A DNA stretch of 64,000 nucleotides from NCBI GenBank assembly GCA_963755915.1, contig CAVWLP010000002.1, positions 768,001 to 832,000 on the forward strand. Direction: 5' to 3'. Positions 20,307 to 30,303 of this stretch are shown piece after piece (the stretch's first letter is position 1; each line of letters begins with the position of its first letter). A program made the position numbers and the translations under genes. Origin of the DNA: an uncultured Phycisphaerales bacterium (GTDB lineage Bacteria > Planctomycetota > Phycisphaerae > Tepidisphaerales > Tepidisphaeraceae). The notes under the pieces were generated by a model. It had not been told where the DNA came from. It did no database searches and saw nothing but the letters and a program-made list of their open reading frames with translations.

Positions 20307-21341
20307 ATGCCTGCCACGGCTGAAATTTTCCTGCCGTCCTCCGTCAATAGGGTGGAAGACGATATGACCCTCGCGGCAAAAGCAACCATCGCGGATCCCA
20401 CGGCAGGCAATGAGCAGGCGGTCGATGACTTCACATTGTTGCGGCGATTTGCCGGGTTTGGCGACGCCGATGCCTTTGCGCAGATTGTGCGGCGGTATTC
20501 GGGGTTCGTTTATGCGACGTGCCTTCGCGTTATAGGAGACGGGTCGCGGGCGGAGGACCTCTCTCAGGAAACTTTTTTCCGCCTGATGCGCCGGCCGCAC
20601 GAGGTTCGACAGAACCTTGGCGGCTGGCTGCATCGTACGGCGACGCACTTGGCGCTGGATACGCTGCGGAGCGAAACCTCGCGCCGCAAACGCGAAATTA
20701 CCTACACCACCGAATGCGATCACGAAGCGTCGACGTGGGCGGAGCTTTCGCCGTGCGTCGACCAGGCGCTGGCGGAGATGCCCGAGGAATCGCGCATGCT
20801 GCTGGTCAACCATTTTCTGCTGGGCAAATCGCAGGCGCAGCTTGCGGCGGAGTCGAATCAATCGCCGTCGACGATTTCGCGCCGGATGCACCAGGCGCTG
20901 GGAGAGCTTCGCAGCCACCTGCGGCTGAAGGGCGTTTTCGCATTGCCGGCGGCGCTGGCGGGATTGCTGTGCCATATCACGGCAAGACAGGCGCCGGCGA
21001 GTTTGGTGCAGGAGCTGGGGAAGATGACGATGCTCAGCGGGGCGACGGCGGCGTCGCGGGCGGCACAGTTTGGGTCGTCGAATCCGTGGCGGAATCCGCC
21101 CAAGCCGCAGATTTCGCTGATGCAGGCGGTGTCGCCGCTGGTGCTGGCGTTTGCGGCGATGGTGGCGATGCTGACGCTGCTGCATCTGGCGGGCGCGTGG
21201 TTTTCCGCGCGGCCGCCGGTGGATCCCGATAACGCGCCGCACCTGAAAACGACGCACGCCAGCGCGATGATCGTGCCGGGGGCGGCGAGCTTTGGGCAGG
21301 TTTCCGCCTTCGTCTGGGGGCACGAGGCAACCTCACCATGA
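20307..21341 (+). CDS. ECF sigma-70 factor with C-terminal transmembrane extension
   Basis: DAFAQIVRRY, AEDLSQETF, GWLHR, region 4 STISRRMHQALGELR, hydrophobic helix PLVLAFAAMVAMLTLLHLAGAW. Confidence 0.88.
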   Translation: MPATAEIFLPSSVNRVEDDMTLAAKATIADPTAGNEQAVDDFTLLRRFAGFGDADAFAQIVRRYSGFVYATCLRVIGDGSRAEDLSQETFFRLMRRPHEVRQNLGGWLHRTATHLALDTLRSETSRRKREITYTTECDHEASTWAELSPCVDQALAEMPEESRMLLVNHFLLGKSQAQLAAESNQSPSTISRRMHQALGELRSHLRLKGVFALPAALAGLLCHITARQAPASLVQELGKMTMLSGATAASRAAQFGSSNPWRNPPKPQISLMQAVSPLVLAFAAMVAMLTLLHLAGAWFSARPPVDPDNAPHLKTTHASAMIVPGAASFGQVSAFVWGHEATSP

Positions 21342-22609
21342 CCCAGCGACAGGATCGTCGCGAGTCATTTACCTACCGTGCCCAGGGGCCGGACGGGCAG
21401 GAAATATCCGGGACAGTCAACGCGATTAACCAGGAAGATGCCCTGCGCCGGCTGCAGGGGCTGAATCTTGAGAAGATTGAGCTGGGCGAAGAGGCGGCGC
21501 TGGGGATGGCGCACTGGGCGGCGCCGCTGAACGGGGAAGATTTTCGGGTTTTCAACCAGCAACTTGCGCAGCTAACCGGGGCGGGGCTACCTGTGGAGCA
21601 GGGGCTTCGGCTGCTGGCGGCGGAAATGCGCAAGGGGTCGATGCAGCGGACGCTTGAGACGGTCGCGCAGGAACTGGAAGGGGGAAAGTCGCTGCCGCAG
21701 GCGGTTGCCGCCCATCGCGATCAGTTTCCGCCGCTGTATGGGGAATTGATCGACGCGGGCATTCGCGCGGGGAATTTGTCGGGAATTTTGCTGAACCTGG
21801 GAAATCATCTGACGCTGGTTCGGCGGCTGCAGGCGATTCTCTGGCAGACGCTGACCTATCCGCTGATCATCGTACTGGGATTTCTGGGGGTGCTTTATTT
21901 CATGATGGTTGACCTGGTGCCGAAATGGAAGCCGCTGATGGCCGGTTTTTCGGGCGCGACGTTCTGGATGCCGGTGAGGGGAAATTTCGGTTCCTATCAG
22001 GACTTCGAAATCCCCGCTTATACGAAGGTTGTTTTCGCGCTTTCGGATTTGGTATCGGCATGGCCGACGAAGTTAATCCTGGCGGCGATCCTGGGGCTGG
22101 CGGTAATCGCCATCATCTTTATGGGTCAGGCGCGGCGGCGCGAATCGTGGGCGGAGGGGGTGCTGCTGCACCTGCCGGTGGTGGGCGGGGTGCTGCGGCA
22201 GAACCTGATATCGCGCTGGTGCCACGCGGTGGCGCTGGGCGTGGAGGCGGCGCTGGACCTGCCGGCGGCGATTCGGCTGGCGGACGACGCGACCGATTCG
22301 CGGCCGCTGCGCCGGGACGGGGCGGCGATGATCGCGTCGCTGAGCGCGGGGCAGCCGATCGGAGCGGTGCATGGCGGGCAGATTCTCCCGGCGACCGTGA
22401 TCGCGGCGATGGAGGCCTCATCGGAGCGCGGCGACCTGGCGATCACGCTTCGGGCACTATCGCAGATGTATCAGCAGCAGGCGGAAATACGACTGGGCGC
22501 GGTGCAGGCGGTGCTGACGCCGGCGGTTTTGATTCTGATCGGACTGATCGTCGGCGCGCTGATGGTGGCGCTGTTTGCGCCGCTGCTATCGCTGCTGAAC
22601 ATGTTTTGA
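21338..22609 (+). CDS. Type II secretion system F / PilC family platform protein
   Basis: FTYRA, QLAQLTGAGLPV, GKSLPQA, FPPLY, LTYP, SERGDL. Confidence 0.92.
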   Translation: MTQRQDRRESFTYRAQGPDGQEISGTVNAINQEDALRRLQGLNLEKIELGEEAALGMAHWAAPLNGEDFRVFNQQLAQLTGAGLPVEQGLRLLAAEMRKGSMQRTLETVAQELEGGKSLPQAVAAHRDQFPPLYGELIDAGIRAGNLSGILLNLGNHLTLVRRLQAILWQTLTYPLIIVLGFLGVLYFMMVDLVPKWKPLMAGFSGATFWMPVRGNFGSYQDFEIPAYTKVVFALSDLVSAWPTKLILAAILGLAVIAIIFMGQARRRESWAEGVLLHLPVVGGVLRQNLISRWCHAVALGVEAALDLPAAIRLADDATDSRPLRRDGAAMIASLSAGQPIGAVHGGQILPATVIAAMEASSERGDLAITLRALSQMYQQQAEIRLGAVQAVLTPAVLILIGLIVGALMVALFAPLLSLLNMF

Positions 22610-22616
22610 GATTTAA

Positions 22617-24076
22617 ATGATGCCTGGCGACTTTGGAAAACTTCGCCCTTCCGCCGCGGCGTGGCCGGTGGCGTTTGCCGTGCTGACCGACCTGGGGCTG
22701 ATCGGGGTGATTGTTTCGGAGATTTTTCTGCTTCAACAGGCGGCGGTCTTTTGCGGACTGGCGGCGATTGTTTTCGCGGCGGCGTTCATGCTTTTTACCT
22801 ACCGCCTGATCCGCCAGGCGCCCGGCGCGAGGGGCTGTATCTCATCGGGCGGGCGGCGTGGCTGGTGGGCTCGACAATGTTCTGGTCGGTCGCCGCGGGA
22901 CTGACGATGCTGGCGATCGGATTTGGCGCCGCGATGGTCATGCCGGGAAGTCTGCCGGTTTTCGTTTACGCGATGGCGTTTCTCTCGCTGCTGCTCGGAA
23001 CGTGGGCGATCGCGCAGCGAACCGTGCGGCGGCGCAGGATGCTGCTGATCCTGGGGAACCTGGAAAAATCCGTCCGGCTGAATCTGCCTTTGCCGCGGAT
23101 GATTCTGGCGGCGGCGGAAAGCGAAAAGGGCGTGATGCGGCGGCGACTTTTTTCGCTGGCGGATGAGCTGCATCATGGGGAGTCGATCGATCAGGCCCTG
23201 ATCCGCGCGGTTCCGGAAGTGCCGCTCAACGTGGCCCGGACGGTTGCGACCGGTTTGCGGCTTGGGTGTCTGCAGCACGTGCTGGAGGAGATCATCCGCC
23301 GGCGGTACGACGATGACGACTACCGTCCGCGGGCGGGATTTTACTGGGTTTATCCGGTGATTATTTTCATCGTGATCGCGATCCTGATGATCTTCGTGAT
23401 GCCGAAATATCAGGGAATTTACCGCGATTTTCGCCTGGAGCTGCCGCCGGTGACGAGCCGTCTGATCGAGCTTTCCGCGAACGCGACGAGCGTCGGGGCG
23501 ATTTTGCTGTTGATTGCGCTGATTCCCGTAGGCCGGGCGATCGCGTCGCTCTTTCCGTCGTTTCGCGAGGCGGCGCCGTTTGACGGAATTTTCTGGGACC
23601 AGCTTGTGTGGTGGACGCCAGTGGCCGGCGGGTATGTCCGCGACCGCGGTATGGCGGAGCTGTGCGACATTCTCTCGGCCGGTGTGCGGGCGGGGCATCC
23701 GATCACCGATGCGCTGGCGGAAGCGGCGGAGGTGCAGCCGAATTATGTTCTGCGCTACCGGGCCAGCGCCTGGTCGGATGCCGTGGCCCGCGGGCAGAGC
23801 CTTTGCGACGGGGCGCGCTATGCGCGAATGCCGCGGCTTTTTATCGCGATGATGGCGACGGTGCGCGGATCGGAATCGCTGCTGGAGGTGCTGGGATTTT
23901 TGCGGCGGCATTATGAATACCGCTTCAGCCGGGCGCGGGCGGTAATTCAATCGGCGTTTGTGCCGGTGGTCGTCGTGACCCTCGGCTCGGCGGTGGCGCT
24001 GGTGGGCGTGAGCATGATGCAGCCGATCGCGCGGCTCTGCGATTTTCTGTCGACGCATTATCAGGGAGGGTTTTAA
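22617..24076 (+). CDS. Second GspF/PilC-like protein with extra N-terminal TM helices (frameshift near 22830)
   Basis: GESIDQAL, WVYP, FVMPKY..IY.DF..ELPPVT, GQSL. Confidence 0.8.
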
Positions 24077-24078
24077 GT

Positions 24079-24414
24079 ATGCCGCAGATGCAACGATGCC
24101 GGCGCGGCTGGGTGTTTCTCGACGTTTTGTCGGGGCTGGTGATCGTGGCGATTCTCGCTGGAACATTGGGCGCCGCGGTGGCGGCACGCGAGCGGGCGCT
24201 GCATCACCTGGCGGACATCCGCGCGGCACAGCGGCTGGCGGAATCGGCGCTGATCTGCCTCCAATCCGGCGAGGTCGCCCCAGCAGAAGGCGTCGCGGTC
24301 CGCGATCTGGCGGACGCGCCGGCAAACCCGCAAAACAAATGGGTGGAGGTAACCGCAACAGTTAACGGGCGTCAGGCGCAAATTGTCGGACTTGTGCCGA
24401 AGGGGTCGTCATGA
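24079..24414 (+). CDS. Small pseudopilin (GspI-like)
   Basis: RRRG/WVFLDVLSGLVIVAIL type IV leader variant; AQRLAESAL; WVEVTATV. Confidence 0.7.
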   Translation: MPQMQRCRRGWVFLDVLSGLVIVAILAGTLGAAVAARERALHHLADIRAAQRLAESALICLQSGEVAPAEGVAVRDLADAPANPQNKWVEVTATVNGRQAQIVGLVPKGSS

Positions 24415-24845
24415 ATTCACGGCAAAGACATCGCGGCTTCACGCTCATCGAGGTGCTCGCGACCCTGGTGCTTTTGGTTATTTTCTTCGACGCCGCCGGG
24501 AAGCTTTTTCGATCCACCATCCTCACCGGCGCGGCGTGCCAGCAGATCAGCAACGAATCGGCACGCACGGATTCGGCGATGTACCAGCTTCGCGGCGATG
24601 TCTGGAACGCGCGGCGACTGGATTCGCCCAAGCCGGGAACGATCGGCATCACATCTTCGGACGGCCAAAGTATTACCTGGCGATTTGACGGCGAGGGCGC
24701 CATGCGCACGGCGGCGGGCGCCGCGGAACATTGGCCGGATACTTGCCGGAACTGCAGCGTGAGCGCCGGCGGGCGGTGGGTTGAGATTGCCGATGCCAGC
24801 GGGTCAGTGCGCTTAACAGGCCCCATACTTTTGAGGGAGCCATGA
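24411..24845 (+). CDS. Pseudopilin (GspJ-like) with canonical prepilin leader
   Basis: RHRG/FTLIEVLATLVLL; QLRGDV. Confidence 0.8.
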   Translation: MNSRQRHRGFTLIEVLATLVLLVIFFDAAGKLFRSTILTGAACQQISNESARTDSAMYQLRGDVWNARRLDSPKPGTIGITSSDGQSITWRFDGEGAMRTAAGAAEHWPDTCRNCSVSAGGRWVEIADASGSVRLTGPILLREP

Positions 24846-25213
24846 GACGATCACCGCGCCGTCGCGGCTTGGCGATGCTGACCGCAATTGTCCTGATTGG
24901 TCTTACCGCGATGACGGTCACGGAGATCGGGCTCACGGTCGCCGCCGATGCCCGGCGGACAAGCCAGTCGGCGCAGGACACCCAATTGCGGCAACTGCTG
25001 CTGGCCGCGGATGAATTTGTCCTCCAACATCCAACAGCGGGGCATTATCAGATGCCGGTTCCGGCACAGGTTCCCGCGAGCGTGACGATTGAAGTTCATG
25101 CGGATCACAGCGCCGATCTGGAAGCAAAATTGCCCGATCGCCGGCTGTCTGAGCATCTCTCTCTCACCCAAATGAGTAATACCTGGCAGATTTCGCAGGC
25201 CACGCTCAACTGA
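24842..25213 (+). CDS. Truncated GspK/PilX-like pseudopilin
   Basis: RRRG/LAMLTAIVLIGL lacking Glu5, as in GspK-type subunits; only 123 aa. Confidence 0.65.
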   Translation: MRRSPRRRGLAMLTAIVLIGLTAMTVTEIGLTVAADARRTSQSAQDTQLRQLLLAADEFVLQHPTAGHYQMPVPAQVPASVTIEVHADHSADLEAKLPDRRLSEHLSLTQMSNTWQISQATLN

Positions 25214-25265
25214 ATTTCTTATTCGCGTGCATCTGATTTATATCTGTGGCAAAATAGCCCTCCCG

Positions 25266-26736
25266 ATGCGCCGCAAGCTCTATCTCGAAACCTTCGGATG
25301 CCAGATGAACGTGCTGGACAGCCAGCTCGTGCTCGGGCAGCTTCGTGCGCAGGGATATGAATCGGTCGAAGACCGCGAATCTGCCGACGTGATTCTCTTC
25401 AACACCTGCTCGGTCCGCGAGCATGCCGAGCAAAAAGTCTGGTCGCGGCTTGGGGAGCTTCGCGATCACAAATCGCAAAATCCGGAGCTCATCATCGGCG
25501 TCATCGGGTGCATGGCGGAGCGCGATGGGAAAAGTATTTTCCGCAAGTTTCCTCACGTCGACATTCTTTGCGGGCCGGGAGAGCTGGATCGGCTGCCGGG
25601 CATGGTTCACAACGCCGCTGCGACGGGGCGGGAGCGGCAGGTGGCGCTGATGGGGGCGAACGTCCGCCGATCAAGCACGCTGCAGCAGGCGGAGGATCAC
25701 CTGGAGATGCTCGATCTGTCGCGGACGATTTCGCCGGCGGATGATGTTTCGCAGTCGTATGTGCGGATCACGCGGGGATGCAACAAATTCTGCACGTATT
25801 GCGTCGTGCCTTACACACGCGGGCCCGAGGTGCATCGGCCGCCAACGAACATCATCGAGGAAGTGAAAAAGCTGGTGGCCGCCGGGGCGAGCGAAGTGAC
25901 GCTGCTGGGGCAGACGATCAACCACTACAACTTTCGCCACGACGACGGCCGGACGACGACCTTCGCCCAGCTTCTTTTTGAGATTCACGAAGCCAATCCC
26001 GATCTGCCGCGGCTGCGGTTCGTGACCAGCTTCCCGCGCGATTTTTCGGATGAGGCCCTGCAGGCCATGCGCGATTGCCCGCGGATTTGCCGGTATCTGC
26101 ACGTGCCGGCTCAGCATGGCTCGGATCGGATTTTGAAGCTGATGAACCGGGGGTACATGTCGGGCGAATATCGCGATTTCATCGCGGGCCCGCGCGTATA
26201 TGCCTGATGTCTGCATCGCCAGCGATTTCATCGTGGGGTTCCCGACCGAAACCGAGGAGGATTTCGATCTGACGGCCGATCTGCTTCGCGAATGCCGGTT
26301 CAAGAACAGCTTCATTTTCAAATATTCGCCGCGGCCGGGGACGGTGGCCATCGAGCGGTTTGAAGATGATGTTCCCGATGACGCCAAGCGCCGGCGTAAC
26401 AACCAGCTTTTGGCGATTCAGCAGGAGGTATCGGCGGAGCTGAATCGGCAGATGATCGGACGGCGGGTCGAGGTGATGGTCGAGGGGCAGAGCAAATTGA
26501 TCAGCCGGCGGGAATCCAATGTTGAGGTGGGATGGGAGAAACGCGCGGAGAACGCCGATTGTCAGATGGTCGGGCGAACGCGCGGCGATCAGGTGGTGGT
26601 TTTTTCCGGGAACGCAAACCAGAAGGGCAGCCTGATCGACGTCGAAATCGTCGACGCCCAGAGCCTGACGCTATTCGGAAGAATCTCCGCAGCTTCACCA
26701 ATTTCGGCGGAATCCGCGGCGATTGCGGTACCTTAG
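25266..26736 (+). CDS. miaB: tRNA methylthiotransferase MiaB (frameshift near 26190)
   Basis: ETFGCQMN, NTCSVREHAE, GCNKFCTYCVVP, SDFIVGFPTETEEDF, TRAM domain. Confidence 0.95.
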
Positions 26737-26924
26737 AGCCTTAGCCGGCGACCACTGGCCTGCTTCAATCCGCGACTGCGGCTGCGCCAATCCGCGTCGC
26801 TATTCGAGATGGCGACGGTATACTCCCGCTGGCGGTTGCATATTTATACCGCCTGTCAGGTTAAGCACTTCTTAGCCCGAACTGGAAGTGATCGCCTGGC
26901 GGGATGGGCTGAAGCGCTAATGAT

Positions 26925-27413
26925 TCACAGCCACCTGCGAACGTGCCGGCAGTAGTCGCGATAGGGCTCCCCGAACTTCGATTCGAGGTAGCGCTCTTCG
27001 CGAAGTGTGATGCCGTAGTGATTGACGATCAGCAGGATCGGAAAAAGAAACATTGGCCAGAGGCTGTTGATCTGAAACGCCAGCCCCAGGTAGAGCAGGA
27101 CGAGCGAGACGCTGAGGGGATTGCGCGAAAAGCGAAACGGGCCGGAGGTGACCAGGGCTGAGACCGGGCGAAGCGGATTGATGCGCGTGCCGGCGGAGTG
27201 CATGGTCGCCGACGCCCAGAGCGCCAGCGGCCAACTGGTGTTAAGAAGAATTGCGCGGGGCCAGAACGTATTGCGCCATGAAATCGGAATCGGCAGCGGG
27301 TGCAGGAGTTGCAGCAGGAATCCCGCGCCGAAAAAGATCGCAAAAAGCAGGGGTGGCGGCGCGATCACGCCGGGCGTATCGGAGCTTGAATCTGGGGCTG
27401 TGGGGGCCGACAT
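26925..27413 (-). CDS. Isoprenylcysteine carboxylmethyltransferase family membrane protein
   Basis: PPPLLF, LVTSGPFRFSRNP, EERYLESKFGEPYRDY..VRRWL. Confidence 0.9.
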   Translation of the reverse strand: MSAPTAPDSSSDTPGVIAPPPLLFAIFFGAGFLLQLLHPLPIPISWRNTFWPRAILLNTSWPLALWASATMHSAGTRINPLRPVSALVTSGPFRFSRNPLSVSLVLLYLGLAFQINSLWPMFLFPILLIVNHYGITLREERYLESKFGEPYRDYCRHVRRWL

Positions 27414-27489
27414 CTGCGAGAAAGTCCTACCATAGCCGCAGACCGAGGCGGCGGGCAAGCGTGGAAATCGGTTTGTCTTGCATTGCCGC

Positions 27490-27513
27490 CGTTATGTCGG
27501 GATATATATATCG
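27490..27513 (+). promoter_or_regulatory. ModE-type operator box
   Basis: CGTTATGT-N8-ATATATCG fits the ModE consensus CGNTATAT-N8-ATATANCG and ends 2 bp before the modA ATG. Confidence 0.75.
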
Positions 27514-27514
27514 C

Positions 27515-28303
27515 ATGAGATTTCTGGTTTACCTCGCGGTGGCATTGGGACTGGCGGCGCCAGCGGGGGCGGGCACGACGGTGACGGTTTTCGCGGCGGC
27601 GTCGCTGACCGAATCGATGCGCGACATTGCCGCCCAATTCGAGTCGGGCAATCCGGGCGTGACGGTCGAATTCAACTTCGCGGGATCGCAGGATCTTGTG
27701 GCCGAGATGGAAAACGGTGCTGCCGCCGATCTGTTCGCCTCGGCGAACGAAACGCAGATGGACAAGGCGGCGAAAGAGGGGCTGGTGAACCCCGCAACAA
27801 TTCACGATTTCGCGGGCAATCACCTGGTAGTCGTCGTGCCGAAGGACAATCCGGCGAAGATCGGGCAGATTGGAGATCTCGCGAAGTCCGGCGTGAAGGT
27901 CGTCGTCGCCGACAAGGCGGTGCCCGTCGGCAAATACACGCAGCAGATGCTGGACCAGATGAGCAAGGACCCCGGCTATGGGCCGGACTTTGAAAAAGGG
28001 TTTCTGGCCAACGTCGTTTCGCGCGAGGAGAACGTGAAGTCGGTGCTGAGCAAGGTTCGGCTTGGGGAAGCCGACGCGGGGGTGGTGTATGAAACGGATG
28101 TGACGAAGGAAGCGGAGCAGGACGTGCAGCGCGTGGAGGTTCCGGAGAAATTCAATCAACTGGCGAGCTATCCGATCGCGGTGGCAGCGAAATCGGCGCA
28201 GGCGGAGGCGGCGCAGAAGTTCGAGGATTTTGTGATGTCGGACGCCGGGCAGAAGATTCTGCACGATTACGGATTTCTGCCGCCGGCGGCGAGCAAGCCG
28301 TGA
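27515..28303 (+). CDS. modA: Molybdate ABC transporter substrate-binding protein
   Basis: VFAAASLT, FAGSQ, ADLFASAN, VPVGKY, EADAGVVY.TD. Confidence 0.95.
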   Translation: MRFLVYLAVALGLAAPAGAGTTVTVFAAASLTESMRDIAAQFESGNPGVTVEFNFAGSQDLVAEMENGAAADLFASANETQMDKAAKEGLVNPATIHDFAGNHLVVVVPKDNPAKIGQIGDLAKSGVKVVVADKAVPVGKYTQQMLDQMSKDPGYGPDFEKGFLANVVSREENVKSVLSKVRLGEADAGVVYETDVTKEAEQDVQRVEVPEKFNQLASYPIAVAAKSAQAEAAQKFEDFVMSDAGQKILHDYGFLPPAASKP

Positions 28304-29097
28304 TGTCCGGGAATCGGATCAATCCCCCCCACCGTTCGCGGTGGCTGCTGGTGCTGCTGTCGGTGCCGCTGCTGGGGTTGCTCGTGGTTCCGCCGGTGGT
28401 GCTGATCGCGCGGACGTCGCCGGGGATGCTGGGGAAATATCTGGGGAGCCAGGCGGTTGCGCAGGCGATGGTGCTGAGCCTGTGGACGAGCGCGACGAGT
28501 TTGCTGGTGGTGGTTATTTTTGGGACGCCGCTGGCGTATTTGCTGGGGCGGGGGAAATTCAGGGGGCGGGGGTTGCTGGAGGTGCTGATCGAGTGGCCAA
28601 TTGTCTTGCCGCCCGCGGCGGCGGGGATCGCGCTGCTGATGACGCTGGGGAGACGCGGGGTTGTGGGCCAGTGGCTGGAAAAGGCGGGGGTTTCGATTCC
28701 GTTTACGCCGGTGGCGGTGATTTTGGCGCAGACGTTTGTGGCGGCGCCGTATTTTATCAAGGCGGCGTCGGTGGGGTTGTCGAATATCAGTCAAGACATT
28801 CTCAATTCGGCGGCGCTGGATGGGGCTTCGGCGTGGCAGAGGTTTCTGGAGATCTCGGCGCCGCTGGCGATACGCAGCCTGATCGTGGGGGCGGCGCTGA
28901 CCTGGTCGCGGGCGCTGGGGGAGTTTGGGGCGACGATTATTTTTGCGGGGAATTTGCAGGGGAAGACGCAGACGATGCCGCTGGCGGTTTATATGGGGTT
29001 TGAGATTGATATCGGACAGGCCGTTGCGCTGGCGGCGGTGCTGCTGGGAATTTCGTTTTTGCTTCTGGTGGGGATACGGATGGCGTGGAAACAATAA
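28300..29097 (+). CDS. modB: Molybdate ABC transporter permease
   Basis: PIVLPP..AGIALL, SAALDGAS, SRALGEFGAT, TQTMPLAVY. Confidence 0.93.
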   Translation: MMSGNRINPPHRSRWLLVLLSVPLLGLLVVPPVVLIARTSPGMLGKYLGSQAVAQAMVLSLWTSATSLLVVVIFGTPLAYLLGRGKFRGRGLLEVLIEWPIVLPPAAAGIALLMTLGRRGVVGQWLEKAGVSIPFTPVAVILAQTFVAAPYFIKAASVGLSNISQDILNSAALDGASAWQRFLEISAPLAIRSLIVGAALTWSRALGEFGATIIFAGNLQGKTQTMPLAVYMGFEIDIGQAVALAAVLLGISFLLLVGIRMAWKQ

Positions 29098-29103
29098 GCG
29101 ATG

Positions 29104-29153
29104 AGCGCTCCCCTGCAAGAGCTCGCGCTACGCTTTGGGGGTCGCGGCTAAAC
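29104..29153 (+). repeat. REP-like family B copy with a 21-bp insertion (29117-29137)
   Basis: agcgctcccctgc[aagagctcgcgctacgctttg]ggggtcgcggctaaac versus 19091-19119. Confidence 0.7.
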
Positions 29154-29160
29154 AATTCGA

Positions 29161-29901
29161 TTAGTGCCCGTATTGTTTGCGGGCGGCGGAGTAGGCGTCG
29201 GCGACGGCGGGCCAGTTGACGACGTTCCACCAGGCTTTGACGTAGTCGGCGCGGACGTTGTGATATTTCAAGTAATACGCGTGTTCCCAGACGTCGAGGA
29301 CCAGGATGGGGATCGACCAGGGGACTTGCTGGAGGTCGTGCTGCTTGACCTGGAGGACGATGAGGCGATCGCCGACGGGTTCGTAGGCGAGGATGGCCCA
29401 GCCGCTGCCTTTGACGCCGGCGGCGACGGCGGCGAAGCGGGCGCGGAAGGCTTCGAGGGAGCCGAAATCGTTTTTAAGGGCGTCGGCAAGATCGCCTTGC
29501 GGGTCGCCACCCGCGCCGGGGCCCATGATCGTCCAGAAGAGGGTGTGGAGAAAATGCCCGCCGGCGTTGAAGCTGAGGTCTTCCTGCAGTCCGGAAAGGA
29601 GGGCGGGCGTTTTGGTGGCTTCTTCTTCGGTTAGAGATTTCAAGGCCTTGTTTAGGCCGGTGACATAGGCCTGGTGATGCTTGTCGTGATGGAGGTGCAT
29701 CGTGTCTTCGTCGATGTGGGGTTCGAGGGCGTTGTAGGCGTAGGGAAGGGGCGGGAGGACATATTCGCCGTTGGCGAAGCCGATGGAGAGGACGGGGGGA
29801 GTTTGGGTTTGGGCGCCGGCGACATCGGCGAGTAGGCCGGCCATCGCAATGGCGGGAAGGGAGCGGAGGACAATGTCGCGGCGGGTGAGGGGATTGGACA
29901 T
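29161..29901 (-). CDS. sod: Fe/Mn superoxide dismutase with Tat-like signal peptide
   Basis: LPPLPYAYNALEPHID, HHDKHHQAY, GSGW, DVWEHAYY; N-terminal TRRDIV. Confidence 0.95.
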   Translation of the reverse strand: MSNPLTRRDIVLRSLPAIAMAGLLADVAGAQTQTPPVLSIGFANGEYVLPPLPYAYNALEPHIDEDTMHLHHDKHHQAYVTGLNKALKSLTEEEATKTPALLSGLQEDLSFNAGGHFLHTLFWTIMGPGAGGDPQGDLADALKNDFGSLEAFRARFAAVAAGVKGSGWAILAYEPVGDRLIVLQVKQHDLQQVPWSIPILVLDVWEHAYYLKYHNVRADYVKAWWNVVNWPAVADAYSAARKQYGH

Positions 29902-30303
29902 GGGGGGCTCCCTGGTAAGAAAGCGTGATCTTCAACGGCGGAGCCGCTTTTGGCAATGGATAATGCGGGGGGCGGGTGCGGTTTTCTCACATTTACCCAT
30001 TTTTCCCCACTTTTGGGAAAAGGAGCGCGGGGGTGGCGGTTTTAGAGGGCTTTGCATCTGACGCCTCAGGATTTCCCAAAATTTCCCAAGTATGAGGCAA
30101 GTCGACAGGTCTTTGTAGGAGCATGTGATGGGAAACAGCGGGCTTCTATATATAGGTCAAAAGGGTGTACGTTTTGTACCTATTTTTGAAAAATCGGCGG
30201 ATTTTTTCCTGCGGGATTGATCAGAACGCAAAGAATTTGATAGAGGGGCAAACGATGGAGTCGGCGAGCAAGCTCGGCGAGCCGACGTTAATATGTTTGG
30301 AGC

